From Candidatus Levyibacteriota bacterium (GTDB lineage Bacteria > Patescibacteriota > Microgenomatia > Levybacterales > UBA12049): a stretch of DNA of 64,000 bases. Of this stretch, positions 16,489-24,670 are shown in pieces (positions within the stretch are counted from its first letter, which is position 1; the number at the start of each line of letters is the position of its first letter). The notes beneath the pieces were generated by a model. The model did not search any database. It had not been told where the DNA came from and saw only the letters and a program-made list of their open reading frames with translations. The DNA lies in contig JACPLG010000008.1 of the NCBI GenBank assembly GCA_016186625.1, forward strand, positions 80,689-144,688. The letters run 5' to 3'. Made by a program: the position numbers and the translations under genes.

Positions 16489-17049
16489 TTATAAGGCTAG
16501 GGCTAGGGTAGACTTTCCGTTTCTGAGTCTATATGCTTCAATTCTATTCATAAAAAAAGTAACCCTCTGTGCCCATGTAGGTGATGCAGCATATCTATGA
16601 CCAATCAAATATGGGTTGGAATCTGGATTTTCTCCAAGATAGTTTTGTCTAAGTCCTTTTGAAATTGTTTCAATTCCCTCACTCCATGAGGCAAATCTTA
16701 TAACATTATTTCCATATACTCCCCAACCCCATCCGTTGTAAGAGTTGTAAGGGATATTTTTTCCAAAAGTTGATTCAAGTCCGGCAATTGAGGCAACAAG
16801 TCTCCAGTCAAGGCTGTATTTATCTGCGCTTTCCACAAAATCAGCGGCATAAGGTGCAAGAGGAGAGCCATAGCTTTCTAAAAAGCCCTCAAGAATTTCC
16901 GTCCTATTATCAACAGGTTTTTGAGTTATTGTGGGATTTAGGGTAGCAGAAGAGCCTGATGCCTGTTCAAAAGCATAGGAATCCCCAGATACTTTGGAAA
17001 GCATTAAAATAACTAAAACAAAAGAGACTATTGCTTGGAATTTCTTCAT
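16489..17049 (-). CDS. Secreted glucosaminidase-domain (FlgJ/LytD-like) peptidoglycan hydrolase
   Basis: Signal/TM then ASIAGLESTFGKN...NGWGWGVYG, resembling the glucosaminidase LESGWG...FGI motif. Confidence 0.45.
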   Translation of the reverse strand: MKKFQAIVSFVLVILMLSKVSGDSYAFEQASGSSATLNPTITQKPVDNRTEILEGFLESYGSPLAPYAADFVESADKYSLDWRLVASIAGLESTFGKNIPYNSYNGWGWGVYGNNVIRFASWSEGIETISKGLRQNYLGENPDSNPYLIGHRYAASPTWAQRVTFFMNRIEAYRLRNGKSTLALAL

Positions 17050-17247
17050 AGACGAATAATTAAAATCCCCCGCCAAGCGTTATACTTTGCGGGGAATTAA
17101 AAAATCCTAACGTATGCATTTGGAAAAGCACACCTTAGGATCTAGTTGCGCATTATACTACTAACTATAGGATTTGTCAAGTACTTACTAGAGGATAAAA
17201 TTGCTAATTTTGAGGCTAGAGACCGTAAGTTTGCCCCATGCGTGAGG

Positions 17248-17817
17248 TTACTTCAGCTCTTCCATGATGTGGGTTACGTTTTCAGCCCAATTATTTGTGT
17301 TTCTGGGGTTATATAGGGTGACAATTTCAAATGGCGTGACTAACCCCTTATCTCTATATTTTGTTGACAATGTTTTTGTAATTGTTTCTATCGCCTCAGG
17401 ATAATTATTAAATTTGATAACTTTTCCTCCATAAATTCCCCATCCCCAGCAGTTGTGAGAATTGGCAATTTCTTTTTTACAAAGAGTTGATTCTTGCATG
17501 GCTATTGCGGGAAGCAGCCTAAAATCAATATCATATCTTCGGGCTGCCGCAACAATATCGGCCGAGTATGGCTCAAGAGAAGATGAGTACTTGGCGAAAA
17601 ACTGTCTGACAATTTCTACTTTTGAGTCTTCTTCTTCAATTATATTTTGGATTGTAGTATCTGCGGGCGGAAGAGCAGCGTAAGCTATACCTTGTGTACT
17701 TTCCCCAAGCACCTCTCCCTTTTTACTCGAACTTATGTTAAGAAGAAGAGAAAGAGAAAAGATAAGAAGGAGCGGAGTGAGCGTAAAAAAACCTACAAGG
17801 GCAGCAATTTTCCTCAT
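17248..17817 (-). CDS. Paralogous secreted glucosaminidase-domain protein
   Basis: AIAMQESTLCKK...NCWGWGIYG; same architecture as 16489-17049. Confidence 0.45.
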   Translation of the reverse strand: MRKIAALVGFFTLTPLLLIFSLSLLLNISSSKKGEVLGESTQGIAYAALPPADTTIQNIIEEEDSKVEIVRQFFAKYSSSLEPYSADIVAAARRYDIDFRLLPAIAMQESTLCKKEIANSHNCWGWGIYGGKVIKFNNYPEAIETITKTLSTKYRDKGLVTPFEIVTLYNPRNTNNWAENVTHIMEELK

Positions 17818-18076
17818 GTAAATTATTCTGTCATTTCCCAGGTTTTGTGTCAACTGATCTCTACTATTTCAAACTACTAGACAATTGAGTAATTGAGGCT
17901 ATTCTGTTACAATGTCATTTGATCTTTTTAATTCCAAATAGTGCTCGCCTAGAGCGCTGGCATAGTTACCACCGCTCTAGAGCAACCTTATAGGAAGGAT
18001 CGTCGGGAAGCGGACCGAAGGGAGCTCGCCTGCTTGACAGGGGCGGGAACTGTAGGTTCTGTCCCGAGACTCACTC

Positions 18077-18148
18077 GCGGATGTAGTTCAGCGGTAGAAT
18101 GTCTCGTTGCCAACGAGAAGGTCGCCGGTTCGATCCCGGTCATCCGCT
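18077..18148 (+). tRNA. tRNA-Gly (anticodon GCC)
   Basis: GCGGATGTAGTTCAGCGGTAGAATGTCTCGTTGCCAACGAGAAGGTCGCCGGTTCGATCCCGGTCATCCGCT. Confidence 0.8.
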
Positions 18149-18150
18149 CA

Positions 18151-18645
18151 ATGAGAGCATTTCTGACAGAAGATTTAATTTGGGAGCTCATAAGAGTTAG
18201 TCTTGGATTTATAATGCTTTGGGCTTTTTTGGACAAGCTTTTGGGTCTTGGATTCGCAACTTCCAAGGAGGGCTCATGGCTTGAGGGTGTTTCGCCAACT
18301 GCCGGATTTTTAAAATTCGGAGCCGAAGGACCTTTTTCTCCCCTTTTTCAATCTTTCTCGGGAAGCCTTGTAATTGATTTGCTGTTTATGGCAGGACTTT
18401 TTCTTGTAGGAGCGTCCCTTATTTTGGGGATTGGAATAAAGATTGCAGGATATGCGGGAGCCCTAATGACGTTTTTAATATACTTGTCTCTTTTCCCGCC
18501 AGAGAACAATCCAATTATTGATGAGCACATTATTTACATTATTTTGTTTTTAGGATTGGCAAATACTCAAAAAGGAAGAAAATACAGCTTTTCCAAACAG
18601 TGGGCAACTCTCGATTTAGTTAAAAAATACCCGATTCTTGTTTAA
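18151..18645 (+). CDS. DoxX-family membrane protein
   Basis: ATG immediately after the tRNA; four hydrophobic segments; LDKLLGLGF...LKFG pattern. Confidence 0.45.
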   Translation: MRAFLTEDLIWELIRVSLGFIMLWAFLDKLLGLGFATSKEGSWLEGVSPTAGFLKFGAEGPFSPLFQSFSGSLVIDLLFMAGLFLVGASLILGIGIKIAGYAGALMTFLIYLSLFPPENNPIIDEHIIYIILFLGLANTQKGRKYSFSKQWATLDLVKKYPILV

Positions 18646-18653
18646 TGATTTTG

Positions 18654-18677
18654 CCTTCCCACATGGAATGTGGGAAT
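18654..18677. repeat. REP-1 copy (CCTTCCCACATGGAATGTGGGAA)
   Basis: Palindromic hairpin of the REP-1 family. Confidence 0.65.
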
Positions 18678-18703
18678 TCGGATTGAGCTGTTTATTCCCC
18701 TTC

Positions 18704-19510
18704 CTAGCCTCCCCAGCCGCGGGAGCGGGCGTGGTTAAGAGCAGCCTGCGTGTCACCACCGTAGGACTTTAGCCCCTGCTCCACCCCACCGTGCCTTGCT
18801 ATATAGTTTGCAGCTCCATGTATTGCGTCTACAGCGTTGTTTATATCTGCATTCCCGTTTCCATCTCCATCCACGCCATAAGCTGTCCACGTGCCCGGCA
18901 TAAACTGTAAGGGACCTTGAGCGCCTGTTCCATAGCCACTAGATATTGCTCCGTCCCTCCCTCCTGTTTCCATGATATGCAGGCCATACAGAATTTCCCA
19001 CGGCACGCCGTATTTTGAACCAGCTTGTTTATATACCTCGTCAAACGAGCCTGGCGCACCTTGGGCTTGAGTTGAGGCTCCGGCGACCGTGGTTTGGGCA
19101 GGTTCGATAGAAGGCGAGGGATCCGGTGCGGTTACCTCCTCGTAAATTTTTGCAAGTTTTTCAGAAAGCTTTTCTTCAGCATCTGGTTTAACAGCCAGCT
19201 TTATTTCCCAGCCAGTGTTAATTATTCGCGGGTCTTCAATCCAGGGATTATTATTCCAAAGAGTTGTCCAGAATTTTGAGGAGCCGTAATATTTTTGGGC
19301 AATACCATAAAGAGTATCACCGGAAACAACGGTGTGAGTTTTTGGTGGCTGTGGCGTAGGAGAAGGTGAGGTTGTAGGGCTTGAAATTTGAGAAATGTTG
19401 TTTTGAGGCGGCGGTGGAGGTTTGTTTTCGTCCTTTAAGATTGGCGAAATGATGGTTAAAAGAAAAATAGCTCCTACTACTACTCCTACCATAAAAGACG
19501 ATACTACCAA
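18704..19510 (-). CDS. Membrane-anchored LysM-domain lytic transglycosylase
   Basis: HTVVSGDTLYGIAQKYYG (LysM) and GPLQFMPGTWTAYGVDGDGNGNADI (SLT_2/MltB-like); SPTTSPSPTPQPP linker. Confidence 0.65.
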   Translation of the reverse strand: MVVSSFMVGVVVGAIFLLTIISPILKDENKPPPPPQNNISQISSPTTSPSPTPQPPKTHTVVSGDTLYGIAQKYYGSSKFWTTLWNNNPWIEDPRIINTGWEIKLAVKPDAEEKLSEKLAKIYEEVTAPDPSPSIEPAQTTVAGASTQAQGAPGSFDEVYKQAGSKYGVPWEILYGLHIMETGGRDGAISSGYGTGAQGPLQFMPGTWTAYGVDGDGNGNADINNAVDAIHGAANYIARHGGVEQGLKSYGGDTQAALNHARSRGWGG

Positions 19511-19564
19511 AGGGTAAATAATATGTCAAACCGAGGCTGAAAGGGTTTGTTTTATAGTTACATT

Positions 19565-19650
19565 TGGTGCGGATGAGAGGACTCGAACCTCCACGCTTTT
19601 TAGGGCACAGCCACCTCAAGGCTGCGTGTATACCGGTTTCACCACATCCG
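19565..19650 (-). tRNA. tRNA-Leu (anticodon GAG), CCA encoded
   Basis: GCGGATGTGGTGAAACCGGTATACACGCAGCCTTGAGGTGGCTG...GGAGGTTCGAGTCCTCTCATCCGCACCA. Confidence 0.75.
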
Positions 19651-19651
19651 C

Positions 19652-19777
19652 TCGCCACATGGGACAAACCTCACGGTTTTTCCCAACCTGCCCGCTAATG
19701 CTGCGCATAAGCGTTGCAGGCGGGCGATTTCCCTTTAGGGACCACAAAATCAGCACTCCCAATCCAACGATTTTGTG
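19652..19777 (-). repeat. Conserved tRNA-upstream element (copy 3, with a ~37-nt hairpin insertion)
   Basis: Minus strand: CACAAAATCGTTGGATTGGGAGTGCTGATTTTGTG...CCTAAAGGGAAATCG[insertion]GTTGGGAAAAACCGTGAGGTTTGTCCCATG; matches 20942-21023 and 34643-34730. Confidence 0.5.
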
Positions 19778-19815
19778 TCTTTTATTCTATCAAGATTAGG
19801 TTTAATTTGGAAGTG

Positions 19816-19898
19816 TACCGAGGAGAGGATTCGGACCTCCAATCTCTTGCGAGAACAGCGTTCTGAACGCTGCGCGTCTACCATTTCGCCACCTCGGC
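19816..19898 (-). tRNA. tRNA-Leu (anticodon CAG)
   Basis: GCCGAGGTGGCGAAATGGTAGACGCGCAGCGTTCAGAACGCTG...GGAGGTCCGAATCCTCTCCTCGGTA. Confidence 0.8.
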
Positions 19899-19971
19899 TT
19901 GAATTGATTATATCAAAAATGAGCGTAAAAAGTTGTTATACAAGGCTATCTTTGATAAAATTAGAGCACAT

Positions 19972-20042
19972 TGCCGAGTCGTCTAATGGTAGGACAACGG
20001 ACTTTGGATCCGTTTATTTTGGTTCGAATCCAAGCTCGGCAG
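19972..20042 (+). tRNA. tRNA-Gln (anticodon TTG)
   Basis: TGCCGAGTCGTCTAATGGTAGGACAACGGACTTTGGATCCGT...TTTGGTTCGAATCCAAGCTCGGCA; perfect 7-bp acceptor. Confidence 0.7.
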
Positions 20043-20074
20043 CGAGAAAACCATCCTATATAATTGCTACCTCT

Positions 20075-20578
20075 ATGGCTGATAATATAGAGCGAGTATT
20101 AAGACAAGTTGACAGAGAAAACCCTGGATCTAGAGATACTTCTGATCAGATAAGGGCAATCATGTGGCCTGCTGTTGTGGAAAAAGGGTTTCCTAGACAG
20201 GCTGTCCTTATTGATAACGAACCTTCAGTTTATAGACATCCTCTTTTTGATTTCGTGAATTCAGATGCAAGGTTAGCGATTGGAGAAGATGTTGTCCAGT
20301 TAACATTAACAGAAAATAGATTATTGATTGCATTATGTAGGGAGATTAATAGAGCTGTTTCAAGAGAAAGTTTATTGTCTGCTATAAGCACTGACCCTGC
20401 TTTAGACACAGACCCTAAAACCGTAAATGTTCATATAGGTCACTTGAGAAGAAAGATAGCGAATGGAAGGGAAATAGATAGTCCTATAGAAACCGTTAAG
20501 GGAATTGGATATAGACTTGTAGACCCAACAGTGCCAAACGGTTATGGCTATAGCCATCCGCAGCCTTCCTTGGGTTAA
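20075..20578 (+). CDS. Winged-helix transcriptional regulator (OmpR/PhoB C-terminal DNA-binding domain-like, no receiver domain)
   Basis: LTLTENRLLIALCREINRAVSRESLLSAIS...VNVHIGHLRRKIA...IETVKGIGYRL. The listed ORF start overlaps the tRNAs, so the start is placed at the internal ATG. Confidence 0.5.
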   Translation: MADNIERVLRQVDRENPGSRDTSDQIRAIMWPAVVEKGFPRQAVLIDNEPSVYRHPLFDFVNSDARLAIGEDVVQLTLTENRLLIALCREINRAVSRESLLSAISTDPALDTDPKTVNVHIGHLRRKIANGREIDSPIETVKGIGYRLVDPTVPNGYGYSHPQPSLG

Positions 20579-20941
20579 TCAGGCTAAGGCGGACAAGTCC
20601 CTCAGTGCCTACAATAATTATCTGATTCGAGAGGGAGACCCAGATGATGGATCGGCCGTAAGATCTCGCCCTCTTGGAATTTGAGGATCTGGTCTTCTTC
20701 CTGTAAGAAAAAAATATCTTATTGCTTCAGTCTCATGAGCGATTGCCCTTGGGCTCCCTGGTAAACCAGGATATCTGGGAGGCGGGCAACCAACGAGTGC
20801 GCGATCAGCAACAAATCTTTCTGGCATTTTCAATATACATAATACTTTATTACCCTTTTCAAATCAACTTCCTTGCCTCTTCCCCACGACTTTTGTATAA
20901 TTGTTTTCGATATAAGATAATTGCTCGCCTAATAAAGAGGA

Positions 20942-21023
20942 GCGAAATCGTTGGATTGAGAGTGTCGATTTCGCTACCCCTAAAGGGAAATCGTTGGGAA
21001 AAACCGCGAGGTTTGTCCCATTT
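20942..21023 (+). repeat. Conserved tRNA-upstream element (copy 1): two hairpins directly 5' of tRNA-Phe
   Basis: GCGAAATCG-TTGGATTGAGAGTGT-CGATTTCGC ... GGGAAAAACCGCGAGGTTTGTCCC. Confidence 0.5.
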
Positions 21024-21096
21024 AGCCGAGTTAGCCAAGTTGGTCAAGGCATCCGCCTGAAGAGCGGACTATCTCAGTTCGATTCTGAGACTCGGC
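21024..21096 (+). tRNA. tRNA-Phe (anticodon GAA)
   Basis: GCCGAGTTAGCCAAGTTGGTCAAGGCATCCGCCTGAAGAGCGGACTATCTCAGTTCGATTCTGAGACTCGGCA. Confidence 0.8.
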
Positions 21097-21161
21097 ACAA
21101 TTCGTTTATCCTGACGAGGTCGGAGGAGCTCACATCCTCAGCACAGTTCGAATTAAAATAA

Positions 21162-22115
21162 ATGAATTTAGAATTAGCCGCTGAGAGGTACAACCGCTTG
21201 CCCGAAGCTTCTTATCGCGACACGCGATATATTGATCTCTCTCACTGGGCAGATGGAGAAAGAACAAGAAGAGCTGCGCAAAGAGATCTTGGCCGAAGAA
21301 CTGCCAGAGCAACATTTTCAGCTCTTCCTTCAAATATTCGTGATCGAGAATTTATAGATAGGCCCGTTACCATCCTATTTCCGGGTACTTTAATTCCAGC
21401 AAGTGCTACTTTCAGAGAACAGTTACCGGTAATTGAAGATTCCTCAAAACCTGTACTGTTAGACTATTCAGATAGAAGATTTTCCCAGGAAATACTAAGG
21501 TCTCAGGTTGTAGATTTTATTGAATCGCCTCCCGTAAACGGAAGAGACGTCAATCTCATAGGTTTTTCTTTTGGAGCAGCCAATGTTATTGATCTATTAA
21601 GCCACGAGCCTAGCGTGCGTGAAAGAATCCGTAGAGTAATTTTGATGGGAGCTCTTTTTTCCTCCCATGATCTTAAAAACAGCTTAGGATATAGGGTTGT
21701 AAAAGCTCTTCATCCTGTTGTTCGAGAAGGAACTCTTTGGCCAGTTGTTCCTCTTCTAAGACGCCGGGTTAAGGTAAATGATGACCCAATGCTTTTAGGG
21801 CAAGAAGGAGGCATTCATGGGTCTAAAGCAGCTGTTAGCCACAAAGCGTTCGCTGAGAGGGCTGCTTCAGTTGTATCAAGAGATCCAATTGAAACTCTAG
21901 GACAGATAACGGATATTCCCACTCTATTTTTTTATTGGGAAAACGACGAGTCTGATCCGGGAAGGAGATTAGTTTTGGCAAAAGCATTCCCTAATTCTGA
22001 AACAGTACATGTTTCAGGAAATCACGGACACACCATATCTGAGTCCCATGAAATAAATCCTGAAATTGGCAGATTTCTTGAACCTTCCCACGAAGAGTTG
22101 TTAGCTGCGGCTTAA
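21162..22115 (+). CDS. Alpha/beta-hydrolase fold protein
   Basis: LIGFSFGAANV (GxSxG nucleophile elbow), C-terminal GNHGH; GC-richer than flanks. Confidence 0.5.
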   Translation: MNLELAAERYNRLPEASYRDTRYIDLSHWADGERTRRAAQRDLGRRTARATFSALPSNIRDREFIDRPVTILFPGTLIPASATFREQLPVIEDSSKPVLLDYSDRRFSQEILRSQVVDFIESPPVNGRDVNLIGFSFGAANVIDLLSHEPSVRERIRRVILMGALFSSHDLKNSLGYRVVKALHPVVREGTLWPVVPLLRRRVKVNDDPMLLGQEGGIHGSKAAVSHKAFAERAASVVSRDPIETLGQITDIPTLFFYWENDESDPGRRLVLAKAFPNSETVHVSGNHGHTISESHEINPEIGRFLEPSHEELLAAA

Positions 22116-22127
22116 TTTATTTCTTAT

Positions 22128-22262
22128 TTTCAATGGGGTCGGATTTGGGATTTTGGGAAATCGAAACCACCCCCGAAACCACCCCGGGGGTGGAATTAGG
22201 TTTACACCCTAGGAATTTTCTATAGATTTTTCCTCAATGGGGTCGGATTTGGGGTTTTGGCG
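22128..22262. repeat. REP-2 copy (22176-22218) flanked by ~30-bp direct repeats CAATGGGGTCGGATTTGGGRTTTTGG
   Basis: The second direct repeat encodes the MFS C-terminus (QNPKSDPIEEKSIE); the first is a duplicate downstream of the stop codon. Confidence 0.5.
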
Positions 22263-23474
22263 GCGGGCAAGGTATATAAAAGGAAGAGCTGCTAACTGAA
22301 AGACTGAAGATATTCCGTAAGATATAGGATAACCATAAATATCTGCCGTTTTCCCCAGGGCCGGCTGGATAACAACTCCTCCGCTTGATCCGAGAAGAGT
22401 ATCAAAAGAAAGAACTGTTGCCCTTTGTTCGCTTGGTATTAATCCATTAAGATACGCTTGGCGAATTGGCATTAGTGCAGCAAAAAGCAGTCCCCATAGG
22501 AAAATCAAGCCAATTACCAGCCAGAAATTATTGGCAAAAGCTACCAGAATAAGAATAAGGCCTGTTAAAAATGTTCCCAAAATTAAGGCTGAAGTCCGCT
22601 TTTTAAAAAGTCTTCGGATTCTTGATGCTGCAATTCCTCCTGCAATTTGTGAAAGTCCGGTAAGTGCGGCAATAATCCCTGCTATTGCATATGCTTCTTT
22701 ATCTCCATAAAGCTGCAGTAAAAATGGCTGAAGCGCATAAAAAATATAAAAGCTCACGCCTGTTGCAAAAGGAGCTGTAAACATGATGTAGCGAACAGGA
22801 GGATTCCGCAGCCCGTGGTCAATTGATCTTGAAAAGATTTTTTTCATTTCCAAAAAAGGCTGTTTTGTTTTTTTAGGCGAGAACCCAAGATCCTGCATTA
22901 AAACAAAAGCCGTTGCAAAGTTTATTAATAACACTACGGAGCGAAGAATATAGGGGACTCCAAGGTTAGTTACTTGAGCAATAACTCCCCCACTGATTGC
23001 ACCCGCAAGCATGGCCGTACCTCCAACAATTTGACCTTTTGCAAAAACTCCTTCAAGATGCCCTTTAAAATTTGTTGCATGGAGCGCATCCACCAGCCAC
23101 GCCTCAGTTGCGCCTGAGAAAAAGGTATATCCAAGTCCCAAAAGAACAGATGAGGCAGCCCATCCCCAAAACGGGCCTTGAATTTGCCACATATAAAGAT
23201 ATAGCGCGGTTGATACTGCAAGCGTGAGTGCCCCTAAAAGATAAGAAATACGGCGGCCGTAAGTATCTGCAACAATTCCGGTTGGTATCTCAAATATTAC
23301 GTAGCCTAATGAAAAGAATCCGTTTGCAAGAAATGCTTCAAAGTTAGACAGTCCAGCATCAAGAAGAAATATTGTATTTATCCCCCAGATAAAAGAAGTG
23401 GCCAGGGTGTTTCCTAAGATTAAATAAAGATAGATTGTTTGGATATTACTTGGTTTTCTTAACAATCGAAGCAT
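22209..23474 (-). CDS. MFS transporter
   Basis: 12 TM segments; GIVADTYGRRISYLLG (MFS loop 2-3 motif). Confidence 0.7.
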   Translation of the reverse strand: MLRLLRKPSNIQTIYLYLILGNTLATSFIWGINTIFLLDAGLSNFEAFLANGFFSLGYVIFEIPTGIVADTYGRRISYLLGALTLAVSTALYLYMWQIQGPFWGWAASSVLLGLGYTFFSGATEAWLVDALHATNFKGHLEGVFAKGQIVGGTAMLAGAISGGVIAQVTNLGVPYILRSVVLLINFATAFVLMQDLGFSPKKTKQPFLEMKKIFSRSIDHGLRNPPVRYIMFTAPFATGVSFYIFYALQPFLLQLYGDKEAYAIAGIIAALTGLSQIAGGIAASRIRRLFKKRTSALILGTFLTGLILILVAFANNFWLVIGLIFLWGLLFAALMPIRQAYLNGLIPSEQRATVLSFDTLLGSSGGVVIQPALGKTADIYGYPISYGISSVFQLAALPFIYLARRQNPKSDPIEEKSIENS

Positions 23475-23510
23475 TAGATATTAATATAAATTTTCCAGCA
23501 TATTGTCAAT

Positions 23511-23545
23511 GACCGATTTTAAAAATGTTATAATAACAACTCCAA
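23511..23545 (+). promoter_or_regulatory. Candidate sigma-70 promoter TTGTCA-N17-TGTTATAAT upstream of alr
   Basis: ttgtcaatgaccgattttaaaaatgttataat, read directly from the sequence. Confidence 0.45.
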
Positions 23546-24670
23546 ATGGCAAGGATAATAGATAAACTCCTCGGGAAAAATTATGTACCTCTAAATGTTG
23601 TAGAAGTTTCAAAAAGCTCTTTAATTCATAATTACAAATACCTGACTAAACTTGCCGGGATTCCGGTTGCGCCGGTTCTTAAAAGCAATGCATATGGACA
23701 CGGAATTGAACTGGTTGGAAAAATACTTGACCCACTATCTCCTCCAATGTTTTGCGTCGATAGCATATTCGAAGCATACCAGTTGTTAAAAATTAAAATT
23801 AAAACACCCGTCCTTGTTATGGGATATGTTAGCGGAGAGAATTTAAAAATTAAAAAACTCCCCTTCTCTTTTTCTGCCTATACAAATGAAATGCTTGAAA
23901 ATGTTGCCAAATTTCAGCCACAAGCTCCGGTTCATATTTTCGTAGATACCGGAATGCATAGAGAAGGAGTTCCGCTCGAACATCTTGAGCGGTTTATAAG
24001 AAAAGCACAAAAATTCGGTTTAAAAATAGCAGGTCTTATGTCCCATTCTGCCAAGCCTGACGACCCATTTCATATAAATACTGTGCGGCAAATTAAAAAT
24101 TTTAAAGAGGCTTTTAATATTGGAAAAAGACTGGGAGTCGAGTTTGCCTATATTCATCTCTTTGCATCAGTTGGAGTAATGAATATCAAAAATTTTTCAA
24201 TGAGGGGAAATATGGCAAGGGTTGGAAAAGCACTTTATGGAATTGATGTTGTTGAGAACAGCGAAGAACTAAGGCCTGCCCTAGAGCTTAAATCAACAAT
24301 AATCCAGGTTAAAGACTTGAAAAAAGGAGAAAGAGTCGGGTATGATCTTGTCTTTAAGGCTCCAAAAGATATGGTGACAGCTGTTCTTCCGATTGGATAT
24401 AATGACGGAGTTGATAGAAGGCTTTCAAATAAAGGATTTGTCCAGGTTAATGGAATTTATTGTCAAATAATCGGAAGAGTCAGTATGAATATTACAGTAA
24501 TTGATGTGACTGATGTTAAAAATCCCCGCGTTGGACAAAAAGTTATTATTTTTTCAAATAGACCGAAAGATAAAAACTCAATATTTAATGTGTCCCAAGT
24601 TTGTGATGCAATCCCGTATGAGCTGATGTCTCATATTTACCCAACAACAAGAAGGGTATTGGCCAATTAA
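23546..24670 (+). CDS. alr: Alanine racemase
   Basis: VLKSNAYGHG (PLP-binding Lys motif); two-domain length 374 aa. Confidence 0.85.
   Translation: MARIIDKLLGKNYVPLNVVEVSKSSLIHNYKYLTKLAGIPVAPVLKSNAYGHGIELVGKILDPLSPPMFCVDSIFEAYQLLKIKIKTPVLVMGYVSGENLKIKKLPFSFSAYTNEMLENVAKFQPQAPVHIFVDTGMHREGVPLEHLERFIRKAQKFGLKIAGLMSHSAKPDDPFHINTVRQIKNFKEAFNIGKRLGVEFAYIHLFASVGVMNIKNFSMRGNMARVGKALYGIDVVENSEELRPALELKSTIIQVKDLKKGERVGYDLVFKAPKDMVTAVLPIGYNDGVDRRLSNKGFVQVNGIYCQIIGRVSMNITVIDVTDVKNPRVGQKVIIFSNRPKDKNSIFNVSQVCDAIPYELMSHIYPTTRRVLAN

Noticed and set aside
17880-18076. Possible SRP RNA (GGAAGGA...GGGAAGCGGACCGAAGGGAGC resembles the domain IV AGGUCCGGAAGGAAGCAGCCAAGGCAG)
   Set aside because: I could not build the conserved helix 8 with a GGAA/GNRA tetraloop and symmetric loop from this sequence; similarity is limited to a GA-rich stretch.
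17988-18266. 92-aa minus-strand ORF and the first 117 nt of the 18034 plus-strand ORF
   Set aside because: Both run across tRNA-Gly(GCC); the real plus-strand gene most likely starts at the ATG at 18151.
19317-19667. 116-aa minus-strand ORF
   Set aside because: Covers tRNA-Leu(GAG) and its leader element; no RBS.
20618-20833. 71-aa Pro/Arg-rich minus-strand ORF
   Set aside because: No RBS, skewed composition, and it lies in a hairpin-rich non-coding stretch; treated as possible ncRNA region instead.
20579-20940. Possible RNase P RNA (GGGCTCC...CTGGTAAACCAGG resembles the E. coli P10-P12 region)
   Set aside because: The universally conserved AGGAAAGUCCGGGCUCC (P4) and ACAGAACCCGGCUUA segments are absent.
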